DNA of 63,444 nt, counting the filler, from Octopus bimaculoides (lineage: Eukaryota), in the NCBI RefSeq assembly GCF_001194135.2. It is 9 parts of 9 records of this genome, joined end to end, with 100 filler letters (N's around TTAATTAATTAA, not from the genome) between each part and the next. Parts side by side here need not be neighbours in the genome. Positions count along the whole stretch, not along the records: positions 45,117 to 57,362 come from NC_069005.1; positions 57,463 to 63,444 come from NC_069004.1; 7 more parts are not named here. The stretch is one strand, 5' to 3'. The notes under the pieces were generated by a model that was given only the letters and a program-made list of their open reading frames with translations, did not search any database and was not told the DNA's origin. Below, piece by piece: positions 48,591 to 61,712 of this stretch. The position numbers and the translations under genes were made by a program. Position 1 is the stretch's first letter. Every line of letters starts with the position of its first letter.

Positions 48591-48984
48591 AGGCTCTTGG
48601 CAAAGACTAAACACTACACACCGCTAACCCTAACCCTAACCACCGCCGTCGCTGCCGCCGCCGCCACNNNNNNNNNNNNNNNNNNNNNNNNNNNNNNNNN
48701 NNNNNNNNNNNNNNNNNNNNNNNNNNNNNNNNNNNNNNNNNNNNNNNNNNNNNNNNNNNNNNNNNNNNNNNNNNNNNNNNNNNNNNNNNNNNNNNNNNNN
48801 NNNNNNNNNNNNNNNNNNNNNNNNNNNNNNNNNNNNTCGCCACCACACGTCCAGTAATTTACATCGTCTTTATAGAAAAATATACGTGCCAGATAAACTG
48901 ACATACATACACACATATACACTCATTAATGGTGTCTATATATACATGTACATGCATAAACTTATGCACACATATATGAATACA

Positions 48985-49020
<36 letters not shown>

Positions 49021-49177
49021 TCACATGCACACACACACATACACACATACACACTACAAAAATGTGTGTGTAAGGGAAATAGGGCGTGAACATTAACCCG
49101 GAGGTTAATTTATGCACGGACATATGCTGAGTGTACATATGTATATATGCATGTACGTATATATACACATAAGCATT

Positions 49178-49210
<33 letters not shown>

Positions 49211-49426
49211 TGACAATGTTCCCATCTACAATTTTCAGCTCGTAATTATATATGTAAATATATCTGGATATTTGTGTGCATGTGTGTGTGTGTGTGTGTG
49301 TGTATGTGTGTGTGTGTGAGTATGTGTGTCTATGAAAGTCTAGTTATACTTTTTATGAGATAAATAGTATATATGTGTGTATGTGTGTGTGAATATATAT
49401 ATATTTACGCATACATACACATGTAT

Positions 49427-49469
<43 letters not shown>

Positions 49470-49908
49470 TACACACACGCACAGATACACACACTTGCAT
49501 GCATACATACCCATACTTAGATAAACTCACACACACACGTGCGTGTGTGTGTGTGTATGTGTGAACTGCCGTATACATATTCATATCTACACATATGAAT
49601 AGATGTATGTATCAGTGTGTGTGTATACGTGGTGTTTGTGCGTGCGTGCGTGTGTGTGTGTGTGAGAGTGTGTGTCCGTAAGCACATCGAATAAATAAAA
49701 AGGTTTGAAGAGTTTGAAGTATTTGGAGAGAAGCCAGGGCAGACACCTCAGAGGTGGTGGGCATGAGGTGAGGGGGATGACGTCAGAGAGCAAAGAGGGT
49801 GGAGGTAGTGGCGGTGGTGGTGGTGGAGAATGTGTCGGTGTTGTGCGGTTGTATTTCTGATCATTGCTTGTTCATGTGCGCGCGCGTGTGCGTATGTTTG
49901 TGTATGTG

Positions 49909-49939
<31 letters not shown>

Positions 49940-50485
49940 ATGTGTGTGTGTATGTGTGTGTGTGCGTGCGTGCGTGTTGGCCACTGTATGTGAGGCTGTG
50001 CGTGGTTTTGAGTACTTCTGCATGTTCCTCACACACACACACACTCACACACACACACACACACACGTATATACACTCACACACGTATATACACTCACAC
50101 ACGTNNNNNNNNNNNNNNNNNNNNNNNNNNNNNNNNNNNNNNTATATATATACATACATACATATACAAACACACACATATACAAACTCACACATATATA
50201 TACATATACATATAGAAATGTATATGCATGTAAACCCGAACACTCATACACACACACACACATACATGCATGCACTTACTGAAGCATGCGGTCACACACA
50301 CACTCATGTACACAATCTCATGCACACACACACGCACACAGCACATGCACATACACATGCACACACGCACACGAACACACACACGCAGTTAGAAATTGGA
50401 TGTATACCCGGAGAGTAGCATAATTACTTTTAATATGACCTTATTGCATAAATCATAACTATTGGAGATGTAAACAGTATGTATT

Positions 50486-50541
<56 letters not shown>

Positions 50542-50590
50542 NNNNNNNNNNNNNNNNNNNNNNNNNNNNNNNATATATACAGCTATATAT

Positions 50591-50627
<37 letters not shown>

Positions 50628-50819
50628 TGTATGTATGTATATAATCATAAATATATATACATACATATGTATATGTATGAATAGATACACATATGCATTA
50701 TATATATTTGTGTACACACACACATATATATATATACATGCATATATGTACAGGACGTCACCACAAACGGTGCAAATAACATGAAATACGTAAACAACGA
50801 GGAGAAAATGAAAAATAGG

Positions 50820-51110
50820 ACAAGCAAACACAGAGAAAGGACCCTTCGTCAGTTGGCTGTCTATCTACCCCTCATTTCGAGCATTCAACGACAATATGAG
50901 TCTTCAAAGACAGTTGCTCCCACAAATTCTAAAATAAAATTTAGGATTTATGGAGGGCCAAAGTTGGGAACCAAAGAATGAAAGCAGAGACATACAAGGA
51001 AACCTAACGTAAACAAACATGGAAGGTCGTTTGACCAGAACGAGAAGAAAATAGTGAACGCTGGGAGAAACATTTTTTGAAAAGAGGAGCGATAGAAGAG
51101 AGAGAGAACG
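50820..51110 (-). mobile_element. Probable Penelope-type terminal/UTR repeat
   Basis: Minus strand carries TTGAAGA..GAAA and CTGACGA hammerhead-core fragments; no coding motif. Confidence 0.35.
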
Positions 51111-51119
51111 TAAACACAT

Positions 51120-51378
51120 CAACACCGGTTGTCAAGCAGTAATGGGGAAATAAACACAGACACATACACACACATATACATACATACGTATACACACACA
51201 CACACATACGCACACACACAGACATATATATATATGTATGACGGGCTTCTTTTCAGTTTCCGCTTACCAAATCCACTCACAAGGTTTTGGTCGGCTCGAG
51301 GCTAAAGTAGAAGACACTTACCCAAGGTGCCACGCAGTGGGACTGAACCTGGAACCATATCGTTGGGAAGCAACTACG
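51120..51378 (-). mobile_element. Family B SINE, 5' two-thirds
   Basis: GACGGGCTTCTTTTCAGTTTCCG..GGGACTGAACCTGGAACCAT. Confidence 0.88.
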
Positions 51379-52260
51379 CTTGTGCTTAATACACACACAC
51401 ACACACATATAGATACACACATGCATGCTACTGTTCCAACAATTCCTTCAGTTAGCCTCATCCGAAAGTGGAAAAGACTACCCTCCACCCCTCTTTTGCC
51501 CAGCGCCTCCCATTCCTTCAGACTCCGTACTGACCAATACGTGCATACTTTCTCCTTCTTCCCACCCCACCGCCAAGATTTCCTCCCACTGGAATCTTCT
51601 CTTTTTCGTCTTTCTGTCATGTAGTTGTTAAGACTTGTAACAGTTTGAGGTGAACTCCGCGAAAAACATCAATCTTAAATGTCTCGGAGGAACTGCGAAC
51701 GCTGTGCCTAAACTTTCTTCAAACTACATATGTATATAAATATACAAGAATATTTTGTTCTATGTGTGCCATAAATATCGCCATCCATTTAGAGAAAAAT
51801 TTGTAGTTTAGAATCAGTAGTTCTTTGACTGCTATTTCTAAATTTTCAGTATGTTGGAGAAGCAACTCAATGCTAATCCCTGTATATTTATGATGATTAT
51901 GTATATAAATATATATACATATCTATCTATCTATCTGTATATATATATATATACATATCTATCTATCTATCTGTATATATATATATATATACATATCTAT
52001 CTATCTATCTGTATATATATATATATATACATATCTATCTATCTATCTGTATANNNNNNNNNNNNNNNNNNNNNNNNNNNNNNNNNNNNNNNNNNNNNNN
52101 NNNNNNNNNNNNNNNNNNNNNNNNNNNNNNNNNNNNNNNNNNNNNNNNNNNNNNNNNNNNNNNNNNNNNNNNNNNNNNNNNNNNNNNNNNNNNNNNNNNN
52201 NNNNNNNNNNNNNNNNNNNNNNNNNNNNNNNNNNNNNNNNNNNNNNNNNNNNNNNNNNNN

Positions 52261-52440
52261 TTGATAACCGGTGGTGGTGTGTTGGCATACCCGTATCTTA
52301 GCAGTTCGGCAAAACAGACCGATAAAATATGTACCAGGTTTTAAAAAATAAGTACTGGGGTCGCTTCATTCGACCAAACATTCAAGGCAGTGCTCCAGCA
52401 TGGCTGCAGTCAAGTGACTGAGACAAGTGAAAAGTAAAAG
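52261..52440 (+). mobile_element. Family B SINE, 3' half
   Basis: GTTCGGCAAAACAGACCGATA..GTGCTCCAGCATGGCTGCAGTCAAGTGACTGAGACAAGTGAAAAG. Confidence 0.88.
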
Positions 52441-53242
52441 ATAAGGTTGAAAGATTGATGTTGTCCTGCTATTGAAATCTATGTCTTCCCTGGTGACATC
52501 AGAAAAACCCAGAAAATGTTTACATCGACCAAAATCAAGGCGTGAAATAAATAAATATATAAATGAATAAAAAGTGAATAAATAAATAAATGAATAATTC
52601 CTGGTAGAAAACCTCTGCTAAACCCAAACCACTCCCCTGGTTACGACACACAGACAGCTTTCGTTGTCTTTTAAAACGACGGTCAGAGCCAGCAATTACT
52701 GTTCCGGTCTGACGTTGTAATGGCTGTCAATTTACTCAATGCATCGAAATTCGAGAGAAAAACCGGTGAAAGGGGAAAAATATATGAAACCCCCCCCCCA
52801 AAAAACAACAGAAGTGTGTGTGTGTGTGTGTGTGTGAAGAAGGACAAAAGCAAAAAACTGCCGAATTCATCCCTAACATCAAGAAAGTGGCAACGTACAC
52901 AGCAGACCTAACCAGTTGGAAGCGTACGATAAGTTAGAACTTTCGTCTGTCGCCTATGTTTCAAGCCATACAGATCTGCAACGAGGCTGAGAGGTCATGG
53001 ATGGAGAGTCAGAAGGGACGAAGCACAGGGAGACGGCAACTATCTGTTAAGATGAAGCAATCACCTCATGTATGTATGTATGTATGTATAAGCAAAAACG
53101 TTCGTTCTAAAATCTCTTTAAGAAATCAACGCAGTAGTTGTTCTAACTAATAATGTCCGCGGCCACTTCAACATGGCTGTCCGTTCGAACGGACTTTACT
53201 GAGATTTGTTAACCCCAAGAGTTAACTGGTTAACGATGCACA

Positions 53243-53282
<40 letters not shown>

Positions 53283-53638
53283 NNNNNNNNNNNNNNNNNN
53301 NNNNNNNNNNNNNNNNNNNNNNNNNNNNNNNNNNNNNNNNNNNNNNNNNNNNNNNNNNNNNNNNNNNNNNNNNNNNNNNNNNNNNNNNNNNNNNNNNNNN
53401 NNNNNNNNNNNNNNNNNNNNNNNNNNNNNNNNNNNNNNNNNNNNNNNNNNNNNNNNNNNNNNNNNNNNNNNNNNNNNNNNNNNNNNNNNNNNNNNNNNNN
53501 NNNNNNNNNNNNNNNNNNNNNNNNNNNNNNNNNNNNNNNNNNNNNNNNNNNNNNNNNNNNNNNNNNNNNNNNNNNNNNNNNNNNNNNNNNNNNNNNNNNN
53601 NNNNNNNNNNNNNNNNNNNNNNNNNNNNNNNNNNNNNN

Positions 53639-53706
<68 letters not shown>

Positions 53707-54005
53707 CACAAATACACGCACTTACGTACATACATACCTACGTATGTACATACATGCGTATGTACATACATACACCAAGAGCATGTATACCTACATATAA
53801 ACATACATGTCGTGATCCATACATGTTGTGCATAGATCTACGTATTATATATATACACATTGGAAAAAAATGAAAGAAAAAATATAAGAGAACATGGGTG
53901 TGTGGGAGGGGGAGGAGAAAGTCTGCTTTGAGCATGCGCAAGATTATTCATAACATATTTCACTATATGTAAATGTATGTATGTGATTATGTATGTATAT
54001 ATGTT

Positions 54006-54043
<38 letters not shown>

Positions 54044-54198
54044 AAAGAGAGGGGAAGAAAGAGATAGAGAGAGAAAAAGAGGGAAAGAGACAGAAAGAGG
54101 GAGGCAGAGAGAGAGAGAGGGTATGCAATATGTAAATTGTCGGAATACATTTCATGATTATGACGTGTGGCGCAGCGAAAAGCAGATGACGTACATCG

Positions 54199-54231
<33 letters not shown>

Positions 54232-54740
54232 GTATGTGTATGTATGTATGTATATGTATGTATGTGTATCGTGTGCCTGCTTAAACACATCAAGAGAACT
54301 ACAAGGAAACACAGAAACGCCAAGCTTACACACATGCATACACCAAAAGCAATCAAACATACATAAATACATACACACACACGCGAGCAGACATTCTCAC
54401 ACATACACACCGACACAAGCGCACGCGCGGGCACACAGACACACATAAACATACACACAGACACACACACACACATACACACACACACACACACACACGT
54501 GCACACATTGAAATGTAAAAAAAAACAACTTTTTCTCATAGTGATTTGGAAGCGACATCAGATACAGATTTTTCTTCTCGACCAAAAATGAAATAACATC
54601 TTCGAAGAGGTTCTTTGGGGTCTCTTTCCTGTGTCATTCCTTTCGTTCTTGGAGTCTGAGACACGTTTGGTGGTGGAGGACGTGGTGGTGGTGGTGGTGG
54701 TGGGGAATCAGTTGTTGGTTCGCTGACGGAGTATAACGTA

Positions 54741-54773
<33 letters not shown>

Positions 54774-54780
54774 TGTATGT

Positions 54781-55104
54781 GAAGGCGCGTGGCTTTGTGG
54801 TTAGCGCACTCTGCTTACGATCGGGAGGTCATGAGTTCAATTCCCGGCGATGCGTTGTGCCCTTGAGCAAGTCACTTTATTTCACATTCCTCCAGTCCAC
54901 TCATCTGGCAAAAATGGGTTGTCCATGTTATTCGAAGAACCAGCCATATTGCCACATTTTGTGTGACGCCGAATCTCCTCGAGAACTACATTAAGGGTAT
55001 GCGTGTCTGTGGAGTACTCAGCCACTTGCACGTTAATTTCATGAGCAGGCTGTTCCGTTGACTGGATCAACTGGAACGTTCGTCGTCGTAGCCGACGGAG
55101 TGCT
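54781..55104 (+). mobile_element. Family C SINE within (GTAT)n
   Basis: Colinear with 27980-28295; GTAT repeats on both flanks. Confidence 0.93.
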
Positions 55105-55629
55105 AAGTATGTATGTATGTATGACAACAAACGACGAAGACAGGTGAAGGAACAAGCAAGCAGGTGTATTAAGTTAATGTATATATCAACTCTTCATCCG
55201 TTATTTACCCCGTCTACACTTACCCTGTACAAGAAATATTGTTTATGTATAAACAAGCGATGTATGTCATTGCTTAATCGCTATCTTTTAGATCGCGTGT
55301 TAGCACAATTACATCTGTGCATATATGTGTATATGTGTGTATGTACACACACACACACACACACACATACCACACACACATACCACACACACATACACAC
55401 ACGCGAGCATATATAAGATAGCGTGTTAGCGACATTATACATATATAATGGATCAGACAGGAAGGATAAATAAAGTCGCATGCTGACGTTCTCTTGAAGA
55501 CTACTTAACAATGTATTAAATAACAGGATAGAGAAGTCGACTAGGGGTTTTCAGCTGTTAGAAATAGCAGCTAAATGTTCCTCACCAACGTAGTCTACCA
55601 TCTTAAAAAGAAGTGATACTATGGATAAC

Positions 55630-55890
55630 GTGGCCCTTAATATTCTGCCTGGAAAGGCCGGAAATAGACGCGAGACGGGTTCTAGAAGCAGAGTCAACCA
55701 GCGGGAGCCCCAGGGTTTTGACTGAGAATGAGACGATGGAACAATATCCAGAATCTCGGTTGGTGACGGATGGCAGTGCAGCCGGATGGGGTGTTATGGC
55801 GCTTGCTTTTGACAGGACCCTAAGGGAAGCGGTGCTTGGGGACTGGACCCAACACGGGTCTCCTCGGAATAATGGGTGGATTAGAAATAA
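55630..55890 (+). mobile_element. RNase H-like fragment, probably DIRS/tyrosine-recombinase retrotransposon
   Basis: LVTDGSAAGWGVM..AVLGDW resembles the TDAS..GWG..G.W motif; truncated by gap. Confidence 0.5.
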
Positions 55891-56784
55891 NNNNNNNNNN
55901 NNNNNNNNNNNNNNNNNNNNNNNNNNNNNNNNNNNNNNNNNNNNNNNNNNNNNNNNNNNNNNNNNNNNNNNNNNNNNNNNNNNNNNNNNNNNNNNNNNNN
56001 NNNNNNNNNNNNNNNNNNNNNNNNNNNNNNNNNNNNNNNNNNNNNNNNNNNNNNNNNNNNNNNNNNNNNNNNNNNNNNNNNNNNNNNNNNNNNNNNNNNN
56101 NNNNNNNNNNNNNNNNNNNNNNNNNNNNNNNNNNNNNNNNNNNNNNNNNNNNNNNNNNNNNNNNNNNNNNNNNNNNNNNNNNNNNNNNNNNNNNNNNNNN
56201 NNNNNNNNNNNNNNNNNNNNNNNNNNNNNNNNNNNNNNNNNNNCCACCACCACCACCACCACCAACAACAACAACATCAACAACAGCAGCAGCGACAGCG
56301 GCAGCAGTGGAAGATTTTAAAGATGGCAAAAATTGATATCGAAAAGTGGTTTTGTCTTGTCACAGACAAATCTTGCCAAGAATGAAAATATTCACTTAGA
56401 GAGAAATCTATAAGGCTTATTGCTTTCATAAAACATTCTATCTAGACGTTGCCTTGACCAAATTCTTGCAGACAATTCCGAGTGAAAACAAGGTAGGGAG
56501 ACTGATGAGATGAGCAAGCAATATGGAAAATGTGCGACTGTGATGTCTGAAGGAGAAATCGAACCCATAATTCCTTTGTCGCTTATCAAAAGATCTTGAC
56601 TGCAGCGATGCACAATGGTGATGTGGGGCGAGATTTAATAACAACATTTTCAGTTGATATGGCGTTGGAATTCGGCCAAACAGAAAATGGTTACATTTGA
56701 TAGTTGAACGGGAAGAAATAACTTTACGAACTGAAAAACATTTGTAAATTTATCCGCCACCACCGTCTCTCTTACACTTTCCTA

Positions 56785-56816
<32 letters not shown>

Positions 56817-57290
56817 TCTCCACTTCTACCTATTTATTCACCTACGTCACTGATTATGAATCCATTTACCTACCTACCTACCTACCAACCTATCCATCTA
56901 TCTATCTACCTATCTATCTATCTATCTGTCTATCTGTCTGTCTGTCTGTCCCCTGTTTCATACAATCGGTATGATGATGATGATGATGAAGATGATGACA
57001 ATGACAATGATGACGACGACGACGGTGATGTATAATGATCCACCCCACCATCACCTCCACCACTACAATCGCCATGATGATGATAATGATGATGACGATC
57101 ATGATGCCGATGATGATGATAATCATCTCATCATCATCATCATCATCATCATCATCAGCATCAGCATCATCATCATAATCGGCAACATCGTCATCAGCAA
57201 TGCAATAATGAAACGATGCAAGATCTTCAACATTTCCAAATAAAATTGTCTAAAACGGAAAAGAAAGAAATGAAACGAAAGTAAGTAGGG

Positions 57291-57362
<72 letters not shown>

Positions 57363-57462
57363 NNNNNNNNNNNNNNNNNNNNNNNNNNNNNNNNNNNNNN
57401 NNNNNNTTAATTAATTAANNNNNNNNNNNNNNNNNNNNNNNNNNNNNNNNNNNNNNNNNNNN

Positions 57463-57745
57463 CAACCTTGCAAGACCGAGCACATGATGTTGAAGGGCTC
57501 TGGAAGGTGACCGATCACTCTGACCACTGAACAGATGTCGTTGTGCATTGTAGTGATCCAGCCCCTGAATACAGGCCCGAAACCAGCTGCCTCGAGGACC
57601 GCCGCCTGGTATAGATGGTTGACTCTAACGAAAGCTTTATACTGATCTAAATTTATCAGGGCCCCACCCGTGCCAGGTTCTTTAACCACTTTCTCAATGA
57701 TGTATCGCATGAGGTGCAGGTTGTCGTGGATGGATCTTTTCGGTA
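57463..57745 (-). mobile_element. Tx1/L1-clade RT fragment
   Basis: NLHLMRYIIE..ALINLDQYKAFVRVNH..AAGFGPVFRGWI..PFNIMCSVLQG. Confidence 0.9.
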
Positions 57746-57834
57746 GTAACTAGAAAATTTGATTTAGTAGTGGTGGACAAAGAAAATAGAAAGTGCCAGG
57801 TAATTGACTTTACAGTTCCGAATAATGAAAAAGT

Positions 57835-58190
57835 CAATACGAAATGTACAGAGGCTATGGAAAGTACGGTTAAAATGTATCCCTGTAATTATAGGTGCAT
57901 TAAGAACTATTCTTAAATGTTTGAACAGATGGATAGAGGAAATAGGCATAAAACCTAGTTAGTACCGCTCCAGAAAACAGTGTTATTAGGAACAGCTAGG
58001 ATACTTAGGAAAGTCTAATGATTAGACTTTTGGAACAAAGACCTACCATCAGTCTACAAGTAGCCATAGATGTCAGGAGTCTTTCCTAAGTATCCTAGCT
58101 GTCCCTAATAACACTGTTTTCTGGAGCGGCACTAATTAAGTTTTATGCCTATTTCCTCTATCCATCTATTCAAACCTTTAAGAATAGTTC
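57835..58190. mobile_element. R4/Dong-like C-terminal fragment with inverted duplication
   Basis: Plus: EVQRLWKVRLKCIPVIIGAL..LQKTVLLGTARILRKV*; arms 57904-58013 and 58081-58190. Confidence 0.88.
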
Positions 58191-58594
58191 CTGTTGTGCG
58201 TATATGAAATAATAATAATAATAATAATAATAATGTCAATGAAAGCAACAATAATAACAATAAAACCTATACTAATTTCTTTTGTCTCGGGACTCGAGAT
58301 TGGAGACAAGACACATTTATGTAGTCGTGGCGAGATTTACTTCCTTTTCTACCACCACCACGTTTTTTTTACCTTACTCATTTTTAATCGAGCGCCGAAG
58401 GCTAGCTTTGTAAAGGTGGAATCAACCTCGGTCACCTTTCACTCTTCATAATGCAAAGTGTAATTAAGATTTTCTCATAAATTAAATAATGATATCTTAG
58501 ACGCATAATGATAGTGATGACAATAATAATGACAATCAGTAATAATAGTGCACTTTGCGGTGCAGCAGAGACACGCATGAAGCTATTGCAAAAC

Positions 58595-58656
<62 letters not shown>

Positions 58657-59113
58657 GGTGGTGGTGGTGATTCAATAATATTAATAATAATTTCTTTTAT
58701 TGGCCACAAGGACCCTGATTATGAGAACTGTAGAATAACAACGAAATGCTAAACAAAGAAGATTTACATCGAGCAGTGACCGACATCAAAGAAAAAGAAA
58801 GCGAAATTAAAAAAGATAAATAAATATAACGACAAAAATTCANNNNNNNNNNNNNNNNNNNNNNNNNNNNNNNNNNNNNNNNNNNNNNNNNNNNNNNNNN
58901 NNNNNNNNNNNNNNNNNNNNNNNNNNNNNNNNNNNNNNNNNNNNNNNNNNNNNNNNNNNNNNNNNNNNNNNNNNNNNNNNNNNNNNNNNNNNNNNNNNNN
59001 NNNNNNNNNNNNNNNNNNNNNNNNNNNNNNNNNNNNNNNNNNNNNNNNNNNNNNNNNNNNNNNNNNNNNNNNNNNNNNNNNNNNNNNNNNNNNNNNNNNN
59101 NNNNNNNNNNNNN

Positions 59114-59163
<50 letters not shown>

Positions 59164-59182
59164 GTGCTTGTTCGTCATTACT

Positions 59183-59425
59183 GCTTAACAACCCACCGTT
59201 GGTTCGTTTACTTTGTTTACGTCCCCGAAACGTTAGCACGCCGGGCGAAATGCTTAGCGGTATTTTGTCTGTCTTTACGTTCTGAGTTCAAATTTCGCCG
59301 AGGTCGACATTGCCTTTCATCCTTTCGGGGTCGATAAATTAAGTACCAGTTACGCACTGGGGTCGATGTAATCGACTGGCACCCCTCCACAAAACTTTCG
59401 GGTTTTGTGCCTAGAGTAGAAAAGG
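59183..59425 (+). mobile_element. Chimeric SINE: family B internal segment fused to near-complete family A
   Basis: (GT)n + CTTAACAACC..TTTACGTCCCCG (B-like) then AAACGTTAGCACGCCGGGCGAAATGC.. (A). Confidence 0.75.
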
Positions 59426-60524
59426 TTATAGAAACCAGGTACAGGAAAACTTACTGCTCATCCATGCTAAAAGAAAACAGCAGGTCGGTTTTCACAACAG
59501 ACTCAACTAATTTCAGAATTCATCCTACAAATGACAGCAACCGTTCAATACAAACCAACAAGTAAGGTCAATGAACGGATACTGAAAAAAAGCATGCAGG
59601 ACAGTTTCAACGCTTAGGTCACATAACAAACAAGTCGGCTGTTTGATGTTTCCGTGCCTTAGGACTTTTGGAAGCTTTCATAATCTGACCTTAAATTCAG
59701 ATTATCCTTGTCGCTGCTCAGATTATCCTCGTCGACACCCAGAACCATTCTCAGGTTATCGTCTTTCATATCCTCCACTAACTTTCTATAAAATGCAAGG
59801 GTTAACTTTCCACTGGCAGCACCTCCAGCCAATATAATACAGTGAAAATTTTTGTTCATGGGGGTGAAAATCAAAAGCGAGTATATATAAAGTCATTGGA
59901 GATCAAAATTCGAGAGAAAAGACGGGGCTTCCGAGACTAAATGGTGGTGAGGAAAGGAGGGAGGAAACTTTCCTCATCACCGAAAACGTGGCCCTTATAT
60001 GTGCAACAGAGTAGGGGCTACTAAAGGCACCTAAAGTATCGGTTAGTGGCGTTTAACAGGGCGATGGATTAAGTCTACCATCTAAGTAGACTCGAGCAAG
60101 ATTTGAACATAGAACGTAAAGAACCGAGAGAAATATTGCAAGTCTGGTCAGACATTCTAATAGTTTCGTTAATCTACTGTCCTGGAGTGACACACTTATT
60201 AATCGATATTGAAAGGATGAAAAAGCAGGATTTGAACCCAGAACACAAAGAATAAGAATGAATGCCATCAAGCAAGACAATCTAACAAACGATGTTTCGG
60301 ATTCTTCCAATCTACCTCATAACGACAACGTAGTCCTAGTTACATTATGTCTGAATTGAAGTCGTAGTGATCACATCTGAAACACCTTTCATAATAGGTT
60401 TTGCTCGATATATCTTTGACGTGAGAAAACGAACAACAATGTATACAAAGTAATGTCGCTGTTATTATTATTATTACAATTAAATATCAAAATAATGAAC
60501 TGAGAGAATCGTTTGAGCGTCAGA

Positions 60525-60680
60525 GAACAATACTTTGGCGCTATTTGTTCCGGCTTTTTACAATTCTAAGTTCAAATACCGTTGGGTGCAGCTTTGCTTT
60601 TCATCTCTTTACGGATCGATAAAAAAAAGTGTACCCCGTCCGCTCCTGAAAGCTGCTGACCTTGTGCCGAAATCGGGATA
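60525..60680 (+). mobile_element. Degenerate family A SINE
   Basis: TTCTAAGTTCAAATACCG..GCTTTGCTTTTCATCTCTTTACGGATCGATAAAA. Confidence 0.6.
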
Positions 60681-61273
60681 GCCATTAATTTAAAAATATA
60701 ATAAAAAGTTCAAATGTCTTCTTTTGTTGGTAACNNNNNNNNNNNNNNNNNNNNNNNNNNNNNNNNNNNNNNNNNNNNNNNNNNNNNNNNNNNNNNNNNN
60801 NNNNNNNNNNNNNNNNNNNNNNNNNNNNNNNNNNNNNNNNNNNNNNNNNNNNNNNNNNNNNNNNNNNNNNNNNNNNNNNNNNNNNNNNNNNNNNNNNNNN
60901 NNNNNNNNNNNNNNNNNNNNNNNNNNNNNNNNNNNNNNNNNNNNNNNNNNNNNNNNNNNNNNNNNNNNNNNNNNNNNNNNNNNNNNNNNNNNNNNNNNNN
61001 NNNNNNNNNNNNNNNNNNNNNNNNNNNNNNNNNNNNNNNNNNNNNNNNNNNNNNNNNNNNNNNNNNNNNNNNNNNNNNNNNNNNNNNNNNNNNNNNNNNN
61101 NNNNNNNNNNNNNNNNNNNNNNNNNNNNNNNNNNNNNNNNNNNNNNNNNNNNNNNNNNNNNNNNNNNNNNNNNNNNNNNNNNNNNNNNNNNNNNNNNNNN
61201 NNNNNNNNNNNNNNNNNNNNNNNNNNNNNNNNNNNNNNNNNNNNNNNNNNNNNNNNNNNNNNNNNNNNNNNNN

Positions 61274-61322
<49 letters not shown>

Positions 61323-61647
61323 CACACACATATATATGCATACATATGTAGAAAGAGGGGCAGGAATAAAATACATACACTCATATAAACATATGCTTAC
61401 ACACAACACATATACAAGTATTAAAGCGCGTGATGTGTATGTGTGTATTTGCATATACGCACACGCACGTATAATCACACAACATGCTTATACATGCAAA
61501 TATAAGCACACACTCACACACACATACAGATATGCGTCTATACACATACATACAAATGCATGTATACATACAAATAAACATAAAAACTCATGCATGTAAT
61601 ACATATACACATGTACACGGATCGCGCACTCATTATACACGTGTATG

Positions 61648-61681
<34 letters not shown>

Positions 61682-61712
61682 TGTATGTATGTATGTATGT
61701 ATGTATGTATGT

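Noticed and set aside
48622-48641. Short (CCCTAA)2-3 run
   Set aside because: Too short to indicate an interstitial telomere; lies among other simple repeats
25297-61599. Long ORFs in the track (for example 25297-26385, 36144-37085, 38530-39444, 60724-61599)
   Set aside because: They run through N gaps and microsatellites; poly-X, YI, CV and HT translations are artefacts
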